Shown here: positions 1 through 9,735 of the stretch, piece by piece
Numbering within the stretch: position 1 is the first letter of the stretch
Layout: the number at the start of each line of letters is the position of its first letter
Assembly (NCBI GenBank): GCA_033791885.1
Contig: JASJFV010000388.1
Location: 1-47,024 of the forward strand
Length of the DNA stretch: 47,024 nt
Direction: 5' to 3'
From: Gammaproteobacteria bacterium
GTDB lineage: Bacteria > Pseudomonadota > Gammaproteobacteria > BMS3Bbin11
Notes under the pieces: generated by a model
Database searches by the model: none
What the model was told of the DNA's origin: nothing
What the model saw: only the letters and a program-made list of their open reading frames with translations
Made by a program: the position numbers and the translations under genes

Positions 1-199
1 CATAGCACCCTGCCTGGTTTGGTTGTTAATCAGGAGGTGCAAGTGAGTCTCACAGACAGACAAAGATAAACGAATCTGCAGCGCGTTATAAATAATGTAA
101 TGCGGGAGATGATAGAAATATTAAGTAATCTTGTTTATATGGCACCATAAATAGCATAAGTATTTAGTCATTAATATTGAAAATATAGGAGAATAAGAG

Positions 200-372
200 A
201 TGATAATAAAATCACTGGTGTTAACTTACAGCATTGCTTGCAATCTTATGTACCAGCTATTTTTGTTGGGGTAAGACTGGAAGAAAGGGAGCTGGAGAAT
301 ATCCTGCCTGAATACAAACAGTATAAAAAGGACGTGCCTATGTTTGTACCGTATGTGGCCACGAGAGGATAG
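200..372 (+). pseudogene. Decayed C-terminal remnant of an ICMT/PEMT-like membrane methyltransferase
   Basis: There are two short frames. Frame 1 is ATG 200 to TAA 272-274 (MIIKSLVLTYSIACNLMYQLFLLG). One frame over, ...GVRLEERELENILPEYKQYKKDVPMFVPYVATRG ends at TAG 370-372. The R-x-EE-x-L...Y..Y...V tail resembles ICMT-family C-termini. A stop lies two codons upstream of ATG 200, and no ORF of 60 aa or more exists here. Confidence 0.3.
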
Positions 373-404
373 AGAAACTGACCAGGGGTAGAAATAACTG
401 ATAT

Positions 405-444
405 GGACCTGGCTACTATAGCGAAACCAGGTCCTTTTCTTTTT
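405..444 (+). terminator. Rho-independent terminator-like hairpin
   Basis: A perfect 8-bp stem, GGACCTGG (405-412) with CCAGGTCC (427-434), encloses a 14-nt loop. It is followed directly by TTTTCTTTTT (435-444). Confidence 0.6.
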
Positions 445-480
445 AGTGTCGGTATTAAGTAGAGATTTTTTTGCTAACGA

Positions 481-735
481 CTAACTTGCTACGCTCTGAT
501 TATGAGGTGCCAGGATGAGTAAAAGCGCCTGTGCATGTTCCGCCGCTCTCCTGCCAAGATCAGTCAGATAACCACCGTCAATCTGTGTCACCAGCCCCTT
601 ATCAAATAGACGTTCTACGGCATCAATATACTCAATGTTAGCGTTTGAGTGTACCTTGATGCCCTGCTGTGTGGTTTCCAGGTTGTAGTGAACCAGTATG
701 TCGATTTCAGCCATTTGTTCGCTTGTATAACGCAT
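481..735 (-). CDS. Small conserved hypothetical protein (about 84 aa), possibly the gammaproteobacterial TIGR02647-type putative DNA-binding family
   Basis: ATG at 735 (MRYTSEQMAEIDILVHYN...) has AGGAA 6-10 nt upstream, so it is preferred over the ORF-track start at 789. The ...GIKVH...LFDKGLVTQIDGGYLTDLGRRAAEHAQALL pattern matches my memory of that family. This is not verified. Confidence 0.6.
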   Translation of the reverse strand: MRYTSEQMAEIDILVHYNLETTQQGIKVHSNANIEYIDAVERLFDKGLVTQIDGGYLTDLGRRAAEHAQALLLILAPHNQSVAS

Positions 736-1076
736 GATTTTCCTTTGTGCCTCGTACAGTTTTATCACTGAGAACGCTAAATAATACAATATATTTACAA
801 AGGATGTTATCTCGGCTTGCAGTGGTGTTTTGAAGCATGACCAGTGGAAGAAGAGAGGAGCATCACCTTATCTCTGTGTAACCGGATACATCGAATTGAT
901 AAGTAATCGACGAGGAAAATTGCATAGAATTGTAATGCTGAGCAGATTCCCATCAGTGGGAACAAACCCGGCTACGGTTTATGCATAGGTGTTGTTTAGC
1001 AGAACCGGTATTTCGCCTGTCTTTGTATTGAATATGTTTGTATTGATAATGTTGAAATATAACAAAGGCTGCTTTT

Positions 1077-2159
1077 TTAGCGAGTTCGTACTGGAGCACA
1101 ACGAAGGTAGGGATTGGGGTATCTCAAATCAAATCCAAGTTCATTGGCTGCATGCCATACCCAGCGCGGGTTGTAGAGAAAACCTCTGGCCAGGGCAACC
1201 AGGTCGGCTTTTCCTGCAGCGATGATATCTTCAGCCTGTTGCGGCTCTGTAATCATACCGACAGCCATCACGGTCAGGCCGGTGTGCTGTTTTATCTGTT
1301 CGGCAAAGGGCACCTGGTAACCCGGGCCTGTTTTAAGTTGCTGTTTATCTGATAGACCGCCGCTGGATGTATCCAGCCAGTCACAATTCCGCGCCTCAAG
1401 TTCTCTGGCCAGGGCTAGCGTTTGTTCAAGGTCCCAGCCCTGCTCGATCCAGTCGGTTGCTGAAACGCGTACTCCGACGGGGAGATGGGCTGGCCAGCTG
1501 GCACGTACAGCATCAAATACTTCAAGCGGGAAGCGCATTCTATTTTCAAGGCTGCCACCGTAATCATCCTCTCGATGGTTGCTCAAGGGCGACAGAAACT
1601 GGTGCAGTAAGTATCCATGGGCAGCATGCAGCTCAATGGCATCAAAGCCAATGTTTGCGGCTCTTTCAGCAGACCTGGCGAATGAACCGATTAAATCTTC
1701 TATTTCTGTCCTGCTCAGGGCGCGAGGAGTCGGAGCGCTGGCAGAGTGTGCGATGGCACTGGGCGCAACTGTCTGCCAGCCGCCCTGATCAATTGATAAT
1801 GCAGTGTCTCGATCCCATGGCGGGCGAGAAGATCCTTTGCGTCCGGCATGGGCTAACTGAACCGCAATCGGTAAATCTGCTAAGGATTTCACATAATCAA
1901 TGACACGTTTGAGTGCAGTTTCTGTTTTATCGTCAAACAAACCCATGCAATAGGGGCTGATACGTCCTTCGGGGACGACATTGGTCATTTCTATGATGAT
2001 CATGCCTGGACCTGATACGGCAAATTGCCCCAGGTGCATCAAGTGCCAGTCCTGTGCGCAGCCCTCTTTTGATGAATACTGGCACATTGGAGAGACGACC
2101 ACCCGGTTGTCTAACGTGATGTCTTTCAATTGAATCGGCGTAAATAGCTCAGTCGTCAA
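1077..2159 (-). CDS. NADH:flavin oxidoreductase, Old Yellow Enzyme family
   Basis: 360 aa. OYE-type motifs include LFTPIQLKDITLDNRVVVSPMCQY, HAAHGYLLHQFLSP and REDDYGGSLENRMRF. Only a TTG (2159) lies upstream of the conserved N-terminus, with GGGGA about 7-11 nt upstream. Confidence 0.9.
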   Translation of the reverse strand: MTTELFTPIQLKDITLDNRVVVSPMCQYSSKEGCAQDWHLMHLGQFAVSGPGMIIIEMTNVVPEGRISPYCMGLFDDKTETALKRVIDYVKSLADLPIAVQLAHAGRKGSSRPPWDRDTALSIDQGGWQTVAPSAIAHSASAPTPRALSRTEIEDLIGSFARSAERAANIGFDAIELHAAHGYLLHQFLSPLSNHREDDYGGSLENRMRFPLEVFDAVRASWPAHLPVGVRVSATDWIEQGWDLEQTLALARELEARNCDWLDTSSGGLSDKQQLKTGPGYQVPFAEQIKQHTGLTVMAVGMITEPQQAEDIIAAGKADLVALARGFLYNPRWVWHAANELGFDLRYPNPYLRCAPVRTR

Positions 2160-2285
2160 GCTTGTATCCCCATTATTTATGCTGGAAAAGAGTTAATTCT
2201 TGATAGCGCACTGTTGTTGGAGTATTTTGTCATCTCTGTAATTCATAATTCAAAATGCAATTTCCAGTCACTAGAGCATAACAGC

Positions 2286-2987
2286 ATGATGCCAATTGAC
2301 CAAAAACCGCTTTATGTGGATGTCGCCGAGCAGCTTCGCGAGTTGATATACCAGCGTAAGCTAATGCCTGGAGACTGGATCGATGAAAAAATTCTCTGCG
2401 ACCAGATTGGTATCAGCCGCACACCCTTGCGAGAAGCACTGAAGGTACTGCATGCCGAGGGGCTTATTGAAATAGTTCCCCGGCGTGGCAGCCGTGTCAA
2501 TACACTGGACGAAGATGGGCTGCATGAGCTGTTTCCGGTGATGGCGACACTTGAAGGGCTTTGTGCCTACTTTGCTGTCAGCAATCAAAGCGATAAAGAA
2601 CTGGAAATACTTGAACAGATCCACGCTGAACTGGAGAGGCTCGCCAGTGAGGGTAATATAGATGAATACTTCGAAGCTAATCACCATTTTCATACACAGG
2701 TGCAGAACTTTGCACATAACCGCTGGTTATCACGGATAACAGTCGAGTTAAGGAATGTCCTGCTGCTGGCACGCCATCGTCAGTTACAGGTACCCGGCCG
2801 CCTGCAGCAATCACTTGAAGAACATCGAATGATAATGGATGCATTTCGTAGCGGGGATGCTAAAGCCGCGCAGGTGCGAATGAATCACCACCTTTGCCAG
2901 CAGGAAAAATCACTTGCTGAAGAAGACCCCGAATTTATCAGCACCATGTCACAGAAAAAAAAATCTGATGATTCATTGGTCGCATGA
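2286..2987 (+). CDS. GntR-family transcriptional regulator with FCD-type C-terminal domain (likely regulator of the adjacent malonate locus)
   Basis: The winged-HTH segment ISRTPLREALKVLHAEGLIEIVPRRG is followed by a helical effector domain. ATG 2286 is chosen over the alternative-start extension beginning at 2214. The gene is divergent from the OYE gene. Confidence 0.85.
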   Translation: MMPIDQKPLYVDVAEQLRELIYQRKLMPGDWIDEKILCDQIGISRTPLREALKVLHAEGLIEIVPRRGSRVNTLDEDGLHELFPVMATLEGLCAYFAVSNQSDKELEILEQIHAELERLASEGNIDEYFEANHHFHTQVQNFAHNRWLSRITVELRNVLLLARHRQLQVPGRLQQSLEEHRMIMDAFRSGDAKAAQVRMNHHLCQQEKSLAEEDPEFISTMSQKKKSDDSLVA

Positions 2988-3039
2988 TAAATCACGATAT
3001 CTATAACAACATGTAAACCAGAGAAATAGGAGAATTAAT

Positions 3040-4044
3040 ATGAAACCACTGATCAGTCTGGCCACAAAAGGTCTATTAGCTGGCAGTATTTTGTTATCCG
3101 CTGCAGCCGGTGCAGCCGACATTGACATGAAGGCATCACACCAATGGCCGGGTGGTAAAGGTGATATACGCGACGAAATGGTGCAGATAATTGCGCGCCA
3201 TATGACGGAAGCCAATACCGGAGTCAATATCAGGGTGTATCCTGGCAAAAGCCTGTACAAGCCTAAAGAGCAATGGGGCCCGTTGACCAAGGGTAAGCTG
3301 GATATCACTGCCTTTCCTTTAGCCTATGCTGGCGGTAAGCATCCCGAATTTAACCTGACCCTGATGCCGGGCCTGGTAAAAAACCATGATCATGCGCTAC
3401 GTTTGAACAATTCAGATTTCATGAAAAAGATTAAAGCCATCATGGATGAAGCCGGCGTTATGGTACTGGCGGATACCTGGCTAGCCGGTGGTTTTGTCAG
3501 TAAAAAAGACTGTATCCTCGAGCCGAATGACGTTAAGGGTCTGAAGTTCCGTGCAGCGGGCAAAGCTTTTAACCAGATGCTGGAAGCTGCCGGTGCCTCA
3601 ATCACTTCCATGCCTTCTTCAGAGATTTATACCGGCTTGCAAACGGGGGTTCTTGATGGCGCAAATACGTCCTCTTCATCACTGGTTTCCTACCGTATCT
3701 ATGAACAGGTTGGCTGTCTGACTGCTCCTGGCAGCAATGCTTTATGGGTAATGTATGAGCCTATCCTGATGTCGAAAAAGAGTTTTGCCAAGCTGGATGA
3801 AAAACAGAAGATGGAGCTGATGAAGGCTGCAGGTGAGGCTGAAGAGTTCGCAACGAATGCCTCCAAGGAAGCAGACCAGAAACTGGTAGATGCCTATAAG
3901 AAAGCCGGTGTTAAAGTCGTTGAAATGACGGCAGATCAGGCGGCAATGTGGCGTAAAATTGCTGACGAATCCAGCTACAAGGCCTTTGCTGAAAAAGTTA
4001 AAGGCGGCCAGCAATTACTGGATATGGCGCTTAGCGTAGAATAA
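3040..4044 (+). CDS. TRAP transporter substrate-binding protein (DctP family)
   Basis: 334 aa with signal peptide MKPLISLATKGLLAGSILLSAAAGAA. AGGAG lies 8 nt upstream of the ATG. It is followed by small and large TRAP permease genes. Confidence 0.85.
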   Translation: MKPLISLATKGLLAGSILLSAAAGAADIDMKASHQWPGGKGDIRDEMVQIIARHMTEANTGVNIRVYPGKSLYKPKEQWGPLTKGKLDITAFPLAYAGGKHPEFNLTLMPGLVKNHDHALRLNNSDFMKKIKAIMDEAGVMVLADTWLAGGFVSKKDCILEPNDVKGLKFRAAGKAFNQMLEAAGASITSMPSSEIYTGLQTGVLDGANTSSSSLVSYRIYEQVGCLTAPGSNALWVMYEPILMSKKSFAKLDEKQKMELMKAAGEAEEFATNASKEADQKLVDAYKKAGVKVVEMTADQAAMWRKIADESSYKAFAEKVKGGQQLLDMALSVE

Positions 4045-4055
4045 AAGTCAGTGAT

Positions 4056-4088
4056 ATTTCCGGGTCAGTATTAAAACTGGCCCGAAAT
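4056..4088 (+). promoter_or_regulatory. Intercistronic stem-loop between the TRAP binding-protein and permease genes
   Basis: ATTTCCGGGTCAG (4056-4068) pairs with CTGGCCCGAAAT (4077-4088), giving about 12 bp with one bulge and one G-T pair. No strong T-tract follows. The position is typical of mRNA-stabilising or attenuating hairpins after binding-protein genes. Confidence 0.45.
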
Positions 4089-4127
4089 TTACTTGCTCGA
4101 CTTACTCAACTGCTTACGATATCCAAT

Positions 4128-4637
4128 ATGAACAGATTTATTCGGATTACGGAAAGTTTATCCATATTTCTTGGCATAATCGCGGCTATTTTGCTGGTCA
4201 TAGCTGTCGTGGTCGTCTGCCAGATGGTTTTTGTCCGTTTTGTTCTCAATCTATCGACTTCATGGCAAACTGAATTTGTCAGTTATGCACTGATCGCTTC
4301 GACTTTTATTGGCAGTCCATACGTTTTACTCAATCGTGGTCATGTATTTGTTGAGCTGATTCCGATGATGCTGGGTGATAAAGGCCGTTTTTACCTGGCA
4401 TTGTTTGCTTATTCGGCCTCAGCATTATTCTGTATAACGATGGCATACCTGAGTATTGAATTCTGGTACGAATCGTGGACTGAAAACTGGAGCTCGGACA
4501 CCATATGGGAACCTAAGCTATGGAAGGCTTATATCTCCATGCCTATCGGTTTTACTGTTATTAGCATGCAGTATATTGCGGATTTACTTTGCCTGATCAA
4601 CGGACGCGATGCACCGTTCGGGCTTGAGTACAAATAA
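4128..4637 (+). CDS. TRAP transporter small permease (DctQ family)
   Basis: 169 aa with four hydrophobic segments. It sits between the DctP-like and DctM-like genes. Confidence 0.8.
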   Translation: MNRFIRITESLSIFLGIIAAILLVIAVVVVCQMVFVRFVLNLSTSWQTEFVSYALIASTFIGSPYVLLNRGHVFVELIPMMLGDKGRFYLALFAYSASALFCITMAYLSIEFWYESWTENWSSDTIWEPKLWKAYISMPIGFTVISMQYIADLLCLINGRDAPFGLEYK

Positions 4638-4650
4638 CCAGAGAGCGCAA

Positions 4651-5967
4651 ATGGACCCTTTGTTACTAGGCGCCATCGTAGGTGCGACACTCATTTTTCT
4701 TCTGCTAACCGGTATTCCCGTCGCTTTCTGTCTTGGTATAACCGCGATGATCTTTATCGTTATCGATGAAGGGTTCGGCGGTTTTTCTGTCCTCGCAGAA
4801 ACCCTGTTTGGTTCCCTGGACGAGTTCGCCCTGCTATCTATTCCGATGTTTTTGTTAATGGGCTCTGCCATCGCGGCTTCGCGTGCCGGTTCGGATTTAT
4901 ATGAAGCGATCGATCGCTGGTTGTACAAGGTTCCAGGTGGATTGCTGATTTCTAATATCGGCGCCTGTGGCATATTCGCGGCACTTACTGGCTCGTCACC
5001 GGCAACCTGTGCTGCAATTGGCAAAATGGGTATCCCTGAGATGGTAGACCGCGGCTACCCGCCAAGCCTGGCAACCGGTGCGATTGCTGCAGGCGGTACC
5101 CTGGGGATTTTGATCCCCCCTTCGATTACCATGATCGTATATGGCATTGCTACAGAAACATCCATCGGGCGACTCTTCATGGCAGGTATGCTGCCCGGAC
5201 TCATGCTGGTAGTACTGTTCATGATCTGGGGCTGGATATATGCCTATTCGAAGGGATACCGTTTTACCGATGCAGATAAACATTTTTCCTTTAAAGATAA
5301 ACTGGTCATCCTGCCCAAGATTATTCCCTTTATGGCCGTTATCGCGATGGTTCTGTGGGCACTGTATGGCGGTGTGGCCACACCTTCAGAAGCATCGGGT
5401 GTTGGTGCAATGTTCTGTATCCTGCTGATAATGATTATCTATAAAGTATGGCAACCAAAATCGCTGTGGGAAATTGTCAGTACGGCCACGCGTGAATCAG
5501 TCATGCTGCTGATGATTATCGGTATGGCGGCGTTGTTCAGTTATATGATGTCGAGCCTGTATATTACCCAGGGTATTGCAGAATGGATTGTCGGGCTGGA
5601 TGTGAACAAATGGATGTTATTGCTGTTTATCAATCTCTTTCTGCTTGTGGCCGGTTTTTTTCTTCCACCAGTTGCCGTAATCCTGATGACAACGCCTACC
5701 CTGGTGCCGATTATTATCGCAGCCGGCTTTGACCCCATCTGGTTTGGTGTACTGCTGACGCTTAATATGGAAATAGGCCTGATCACACCGCCTGTTGGTT
5801 TGAACCTTTATGTCATAAATGGCATTGTTCCTGAGGTACCTTTAAAAACCATTTTGTGGGGGGCGCTGCCCTTCATGCTGTGCATGGTTATTGGTATTAT
5901 CCTGCTAATCATTTTCCCGGAAATTGCCACCTGGCTGCCCAATTATATGATGGGTGAAGTACAGTGA
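4651..5967 (+). CDS. TRAP transporter large permease (DctM family)
   Basis: About 438 aa, polytopic and glycine-rich, with DctM-like sequence. ATG 4651 (MDPLLLGAIVG...) is 13 nt after the DctQ stop. The ORF-track start at 4609 overlaps DctQ and was not used. Confidence 0.9.
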   Translation: MDPLLLGAIVGATLIFLLLTGIPVAFCLGITAMIFIVIDEGFGGFSVLAETLFGSLDEFALLSIPMFLLMGSAIAASRAGSDLYEAIDRWLYKVPGGLLISNIGACGIFAALTGSSPATCAAIGKMGIPEMVDRGYPPSLATGAIAAGGTLGILIPPSITMIVYGIATETSIGRLFMAGMLPGLMLVVLFMIWGWIYAYSKGYRFTDADKHFSFKDKLVILPKIIPFMAVIAMVLWALYGGVATPSEASGVGAMFCILLIMIIYKVWQPKSLWEIVSTATRESVMLLMIIGMAALFSYMMSSLYITQGIAEWIVGLDVNKWMLLLFINLFLLVAGFFLPPVAVILMTTPTLVPIIIAAGFDPIWFGVLLTLNMEIGLITPPVGLNLYVINGIVPEVPLKTILWGALPFMLCMVIGIILLIIFPEIATWLPNYMMGEVQ

Positions 5968-6040
5968 GCACATTTTATAGAGCCGACTTAGCCATGCAGC
6001 CTGAATGAGCTGCCGCAATACATCAAACAGGACATGCTGA

Positions 6041-7414
6041 GTGGGCTGGCTCGAACAGGTAATTGATACAGTTGCGGAGCGCAGTCTCGAGCTGTTAGGC
6101 CTGGGTAAGGTTGATCAGGACCAGGTTAATGACGAGGCGCTTTGTTCAACTCTGCTTAGCCGAGAAGGCGAAGCATCAAATATTGCCCTGGCACATCAAA
6201 TATTACAGCGCTATGTCGAAAAAAATGATGAAGAAAAAACTGATTTTCTTCTCATGCTGGCAGTCAGGTTTGATCCGGATACAGACCTTATTCTTTCGGC
6301 TGTATCAGGCTATGACGCTGACTCACCAGAAACTCTGCAACAGCTTATAGCTGCCGTTGAGCCGCCCAGGCAGGAGCTCTTCAGACGGCTCAATATGGCA
6401 CCCAGAGGAACAGCATCATTAATCAATTTGCGCCGCGATCTTTTGCAGCGTTTAGCTGAATATCCCAGGCTCAGAGTGGTAGATGCTGATCTGCAGCATT
6501 TGTTTTCATCCTGGTTCAATCGTGGCTTCCTGGTACTTGAATCAATTGACTGGAATAGCTCAGCGGCTGTACTGGAGAAGCTGATTCAATACGAAACGGT
6601 ACATCCAATTGCTGGTTGGGACGATCTGCACCGTCGATTACAAAGTGATCGGCTGTGTTTTGCATTTTTTCATCCAGCCTTACCATCAGTTCCGCTGATT
6701 TTTGTCGAGGTTGCCTTCACCAATGGCATCACTGCCAGCATTGATGAAATTATAGGAACCGATGTCGAGGCGGTCGATCCGGCGAACGCCGATACAGCCA
6801 TCTTTTACTCGATTAATAATTCACTCAGCGGGCTACGCGGTATCAGTTTCGGGAATTTTCTTATCAAACAGGTGGTGGCTGAACTGCAGTCGCTATACCC
6901 GCAATTGAAACAGTTTTGCACCTTATCGCCGATGCCGCTGTTTCGTGAAATGCTTAAACAAGGTTTTGCTATAGAACAGTCTGTAGAGCCAGATGCTGCT
7001 TCGAGAAAGCTGCTTGGCGACAGGTACGATAAAATACTCACAGTGACCAACACCGGGACGCTTTATGATGCTGTGTTACAGCTAATTGAATTACCCGGCG
7101 AGCATGTAAAGTTACTGCAGGAGGTCCTTCATCTGCTGTCGCTGTGCTATCTGACACAGGAAAAAAATGACGGCTCTCTGTATGATCCGGTGGCCCGGTT
7201 TCACTTGTCTAATGGCGCCCGAATTGAACGAATAAATATACTGGCTAACCCATCAGAATCAGGGATAAGTGAGTCCTTCGGTTGCATGGTCAACTATTTA
7301 TATGATCCTGATGATGTGATCTCCAACCATGAAGCCTTTATATCTCAGCGAAAAATTACAATGTCTAAGGCGTTACAAAAAGCATACGATCGCATGCAGT
7401 TAACAGGGGACTGA
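6041..7414 (+). CDS. matA: Malonyl-CoA decarboxylase
   Basis: 457 aa. FYSINNSLSGLRGISFGNFLIKQVV matches the conserved malonyl-CoA decarboxylase catalytic motif. GTG start with AGGA about 9 nt upstream. Confidence 0.8.
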   Translation: MGWLEQVIDTVAERSLELLGLGKVDQDQVNDEALCSTLLSREGEASNIALAHQILQRYVEKNDEEKTDFLLMLAVRFDPDTDLILSAVSGYDADSPETLQQLIAAVEPPRQELFRRLNMAPRGTASLINLRRDLLQRLAEYPRLRVVDADLQHLFSSWFNRGFLVLESIDWNSSAAVLEKLIQYETVHPIAGWDDLHRRLQSDRLCFAFFHPALPSVPLIFVEVAFTNGITASIDEIIGTDVEAVDPANADTAIFYSINNSLSGLRGISFGNFLIKQVVAELQSLYPQLKQFCTLSPMPLFREMLKQGFAIEQSVEPDAASRKLLGDRYDKILTVTNTGTLYDAVLQLIELPGEHVKLLQEVLHLLSLCYLTQEKNDGSLYDPVARFHLSNGARIERINILANPSESGISESFGCMVNYLYDPDDVISNHEAFISQRKITMSKALQKAYDRMQLTGD

Positions 7415-7418
7415 GAAA

Positions 7419-8207
7419 TTGGAAATATTAACACTTCTTATTGCCGGTGCGATCGCTGGCACTATGGCGGGCCTGCTCGGAATAGGCGGGGGAATTATAA
7501 TTGTTCCGGTCGTCTCCCTGATTCTTGAAGCACAGGGCGTAAGCACTGATATTGTAATTAAAGTTGCCGTTGGAACTTCGCTGGCAACGATTATGGTCAC
7601 TGCTATCAGTTCTGTATACGCACACAATCGAAAAGGTGCCGTGGACTGGAAAATATTCAAAGCCCTGACGCCATGGATACTTCTCGGTACAGTCGTTGGA
7701 ACGATCATCGTTGACCGCATGCCGGGTGAAATTCTCTATGTCGCATTTATACTGTTTTTATATGCTGCCGCTACGCGTCTCGCAATAGGTAATGTTGTCG
7801 GTCACCATAAGTTGCCTGGAACTCCTGGTATGGCCATCGTTGGCTCTATCAACGGCACGGTGTCTGCCATGATGGGTATCGGTGGAGGCGTCATCAACGT
7901 GCCCTTTTTAACTTACTGCTCAGTACCCATTAAGCGTGCAATTGCCACTGCGGCCTCAATAGGTCTACCCCTGGCAACGATTTCTGCGATCGGTTTTGCA
8001 ATAACCGGTCAAAATGAAACCGGCATACCGGCGGCAAGTATCGGCTATATCAATGTGCCAATTTTCGCCAGCGTTGTTGCTTCAAGTATTGTTTTTGCAC
8101 CCCTGGGTGCCAGGCTTGCACATACTCTGCCTGAGCGAACTCTTAATATTTTCTTTTCCATTTTTTTATTTATCATGGCCACCAGCATGGCCTGGAGACT
8201 AGTGTGA
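7419..8207 (+). CDS. TSUP (TauE/SafE) family anion permease
   Basis: 262 aa with about 8 TM segments. The G-x-GGG-x(3)-VP hallmark is duplicated (GIGGGIIIVP and GIGGGVINVP). TTG start 5 nt after the matA stop. Confidence 0.8.
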   Translation: MEILTLLIAGAIAGTMAGLLGIGGGIIIVPVVSLILEAQGVSTDIVIKVAVGTSLATIMVTAISSVYAHNRKGAVDWKIFKALTPWILLGTVVGTIIVDRMPGEILYVAFILFLYAAATRLAIGNVVGHHKLPGTPGMAIVGSINGTVSAMMGIGGGVINVPFLTYCSVPIKRAIATAASIGLPLATISAIGFAITGQNETGIPAASIGYINVPIFASVVASSIVFAPLGARLAHTLPERTLNIFFSIFLFIMATSMAWRLV

Positions 8208-8217
8208 GAGTCTGAAT

Positions 8218-9735
8218 ATGAAAAATAACAGCAATCTCTACCTTTTGTTCCGTGATGCAATATCGGCCAGTAACGATATTGATTTTCTCCATGTGCCCGG
8301 AGGTCCGTCACTGAAATATAGTAATACCAATGAGGAATGCGGGCGATTTCATGCTGCATTGGCATCTTTAGGTGTCAGTAAAGGTGACCGTGTTGTTGTT
8401 CAGGTTGGAAAATCAATTGAATCTGTTCTTCTCTATTTGTCGTGCCTGAAAATCGGGGCGATTTATATACCGTTGAATACGGCGTATACCCCGGCCGAAG
8501 TCAATTACTTCATTGACGATGCTGAACCGAGGGTCTTTATCTGTGATCCACAGGCTTACGATAGTCTGCATAGTGTCCTCCATGAGAAGGTACCGCATAT
8601 ACTGACCTTATCAAATCATGCTGAGGGTTCGCTGGTAGGGTTATATAAAAAAATGGATGCTGTTAATGACATCGAGCATTGTTCGCCCGATGACCTGGCT
8701 GCCATCCTGTATACGTCTGGAACCACAGGGCGTTCCAAAGGAGCGATGCTGAGCCATAGTAACCTGGCCAGTAATGCACGGGTTTTGCACCAGTACTGGG
8801 AGTTTCAGCCAGGCGATATCCTGCTGCATGCGTTACCGATATTTCATGTACACGGACTGTTTGTGGCACTGCACTGCGCACTTCTGAATGGCAGCATGAT
8901 ATATTTTCTGCCGCATTTCGATGCTGATACGGTGATACAAAAATTGCCTGAATCAACCGTGATGATGGGAGTCCCCACTTTTTATACCCGGCTTCTTGAT
9001 CGCGCCGATTTTACCCGTGAAGTGTGCCATAAAATGCGCCTGTTCATCTCGGGTTCTGCGCCCCTGTTAGCTGAAACGCATCTCGATTTCGCAGAAACAA
9101 CCGGTCATCGCATACTGGAGCGCTATGGTATGACTGAAACCGGCATGATTACCTCGAACCCCTATGATGGTGAACGTGTTGCAGGAACTGTTGGCTACGC
9201 CTTGCCAGGTGAATCTGTGCGCATCGCCGATAGCAACGGTATTGAATTAGCTCCGGATCAGACCGGTGTGCTGGAGGTAAAGGGACCAAATGTATTTCAG
9301 GGTTATTGGCGGATGCCTGAAAAGACACAGGAAGAGTTCCGTGACGATGGCTGGTTTATTACCGGTGACATGGCTACCATGACAGATGAGGGTCGCGTTA
9401 CCATTGTCGGTCGTGAGAAAGATCTCATTATATCGGGAGGATATAATATCTATCCGAAGGAGATTGAGTTGGCAATTGATGAGTGCGATGGTGTTAAGGA
9501 GTCAGCCGTTATTGGCACACCCCATCCAGATTTTGGCGAAGGCGTCATCGCTGTCGTTGTCGCAGCAGAGAACGCTGAACTTACTGAAAGCAAAATAATT
9601 GAATCACTAAATAGCCAAATGGCACGTTTCAAACAACCCAAGCGCATTTTCTTTATAGATGAACTGCCGAGGAACACCATGGGAAAGGTGCAGAAAAATA
9701 TCCTTCGTGATCAACACAAGGACTGTTTTATATGA
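8218..9735 (+). CDS. matB: Malonyl-CoA synthetase (AMP-forming acyl-CoA ligase, MatB/ACSF3-like)
   Basis: 505 aa with the AMP-binding motif YTSGTTGRSKG and LFISGSAPLLAETH. It lies next to the malonyl-CoA decarboxylase gene. Confidence 0.8.
   Translation: MKNNSNLYLLFRDAISASNDIDFLHVPGGPSLKYSNTNEECGRFHAALASLGVSKGDRVVVQVGKSIESVLLYLSCLKIGAIYIPLNTAYTPAEVNYFIDDAEPRVFICDPQAYDSLHSVLHEKVPHILTLSNHAEGSLVGLYKKMDAVNDIEHCSPDDLAAILYTSGTTGRSKGAMLSHSNLASNARVLHQYWEFQPGDILLHALPIFHVHGLFVALHCALLNGSMIYFLPHFDADTVIQKLPESTVMMGVPTFYTRLLDRADFTREVCHKMRLFISGSAPLLAETHLDFAETTGHRILERYGMTETGMITSNPYDGERVAGTVGYALPGESVRIADSNGIELAPDQTGVLEVKGPNVFQGYWRMPEKTQEEFRDDGWFITGDMATMTDEGRVTIVGREKDLIISGGYNIYPKEIELAIDECDGVKESAVIGTPHPDFGEGVIAVVVAAENAELTESKIIESLNSQMARFKQPKRIFFIDELPRNTMGKVQKNILRDQHKDCFI

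Noticed and set aside
1367-1903. Long ORFs antisense to or overlapping confidently assigned genes. Examples: 1367-1903, 4584-5024, 18607-19038, 25667-26197, 27711-28232, 32020-32430, and the many ORFs inside ppdK.
   Set aside because: Each lies wholly inside a gene with clear family motifs on the other strand or frame. Their translations are low-complexity, Arg/Ser/Cys-rich and show no motifs. They are typical shadow ORFs.
2955-2963. A9 homopolymer near the 3' end of the GntR-family gene, considered as a phase-variation tract.
   Set aside because: It encodes the Lys run of a non-conserved C-terminal tail only about 8 codons before the stop, so slippage would have little effect. No evidence of variability is available from a single sequence.
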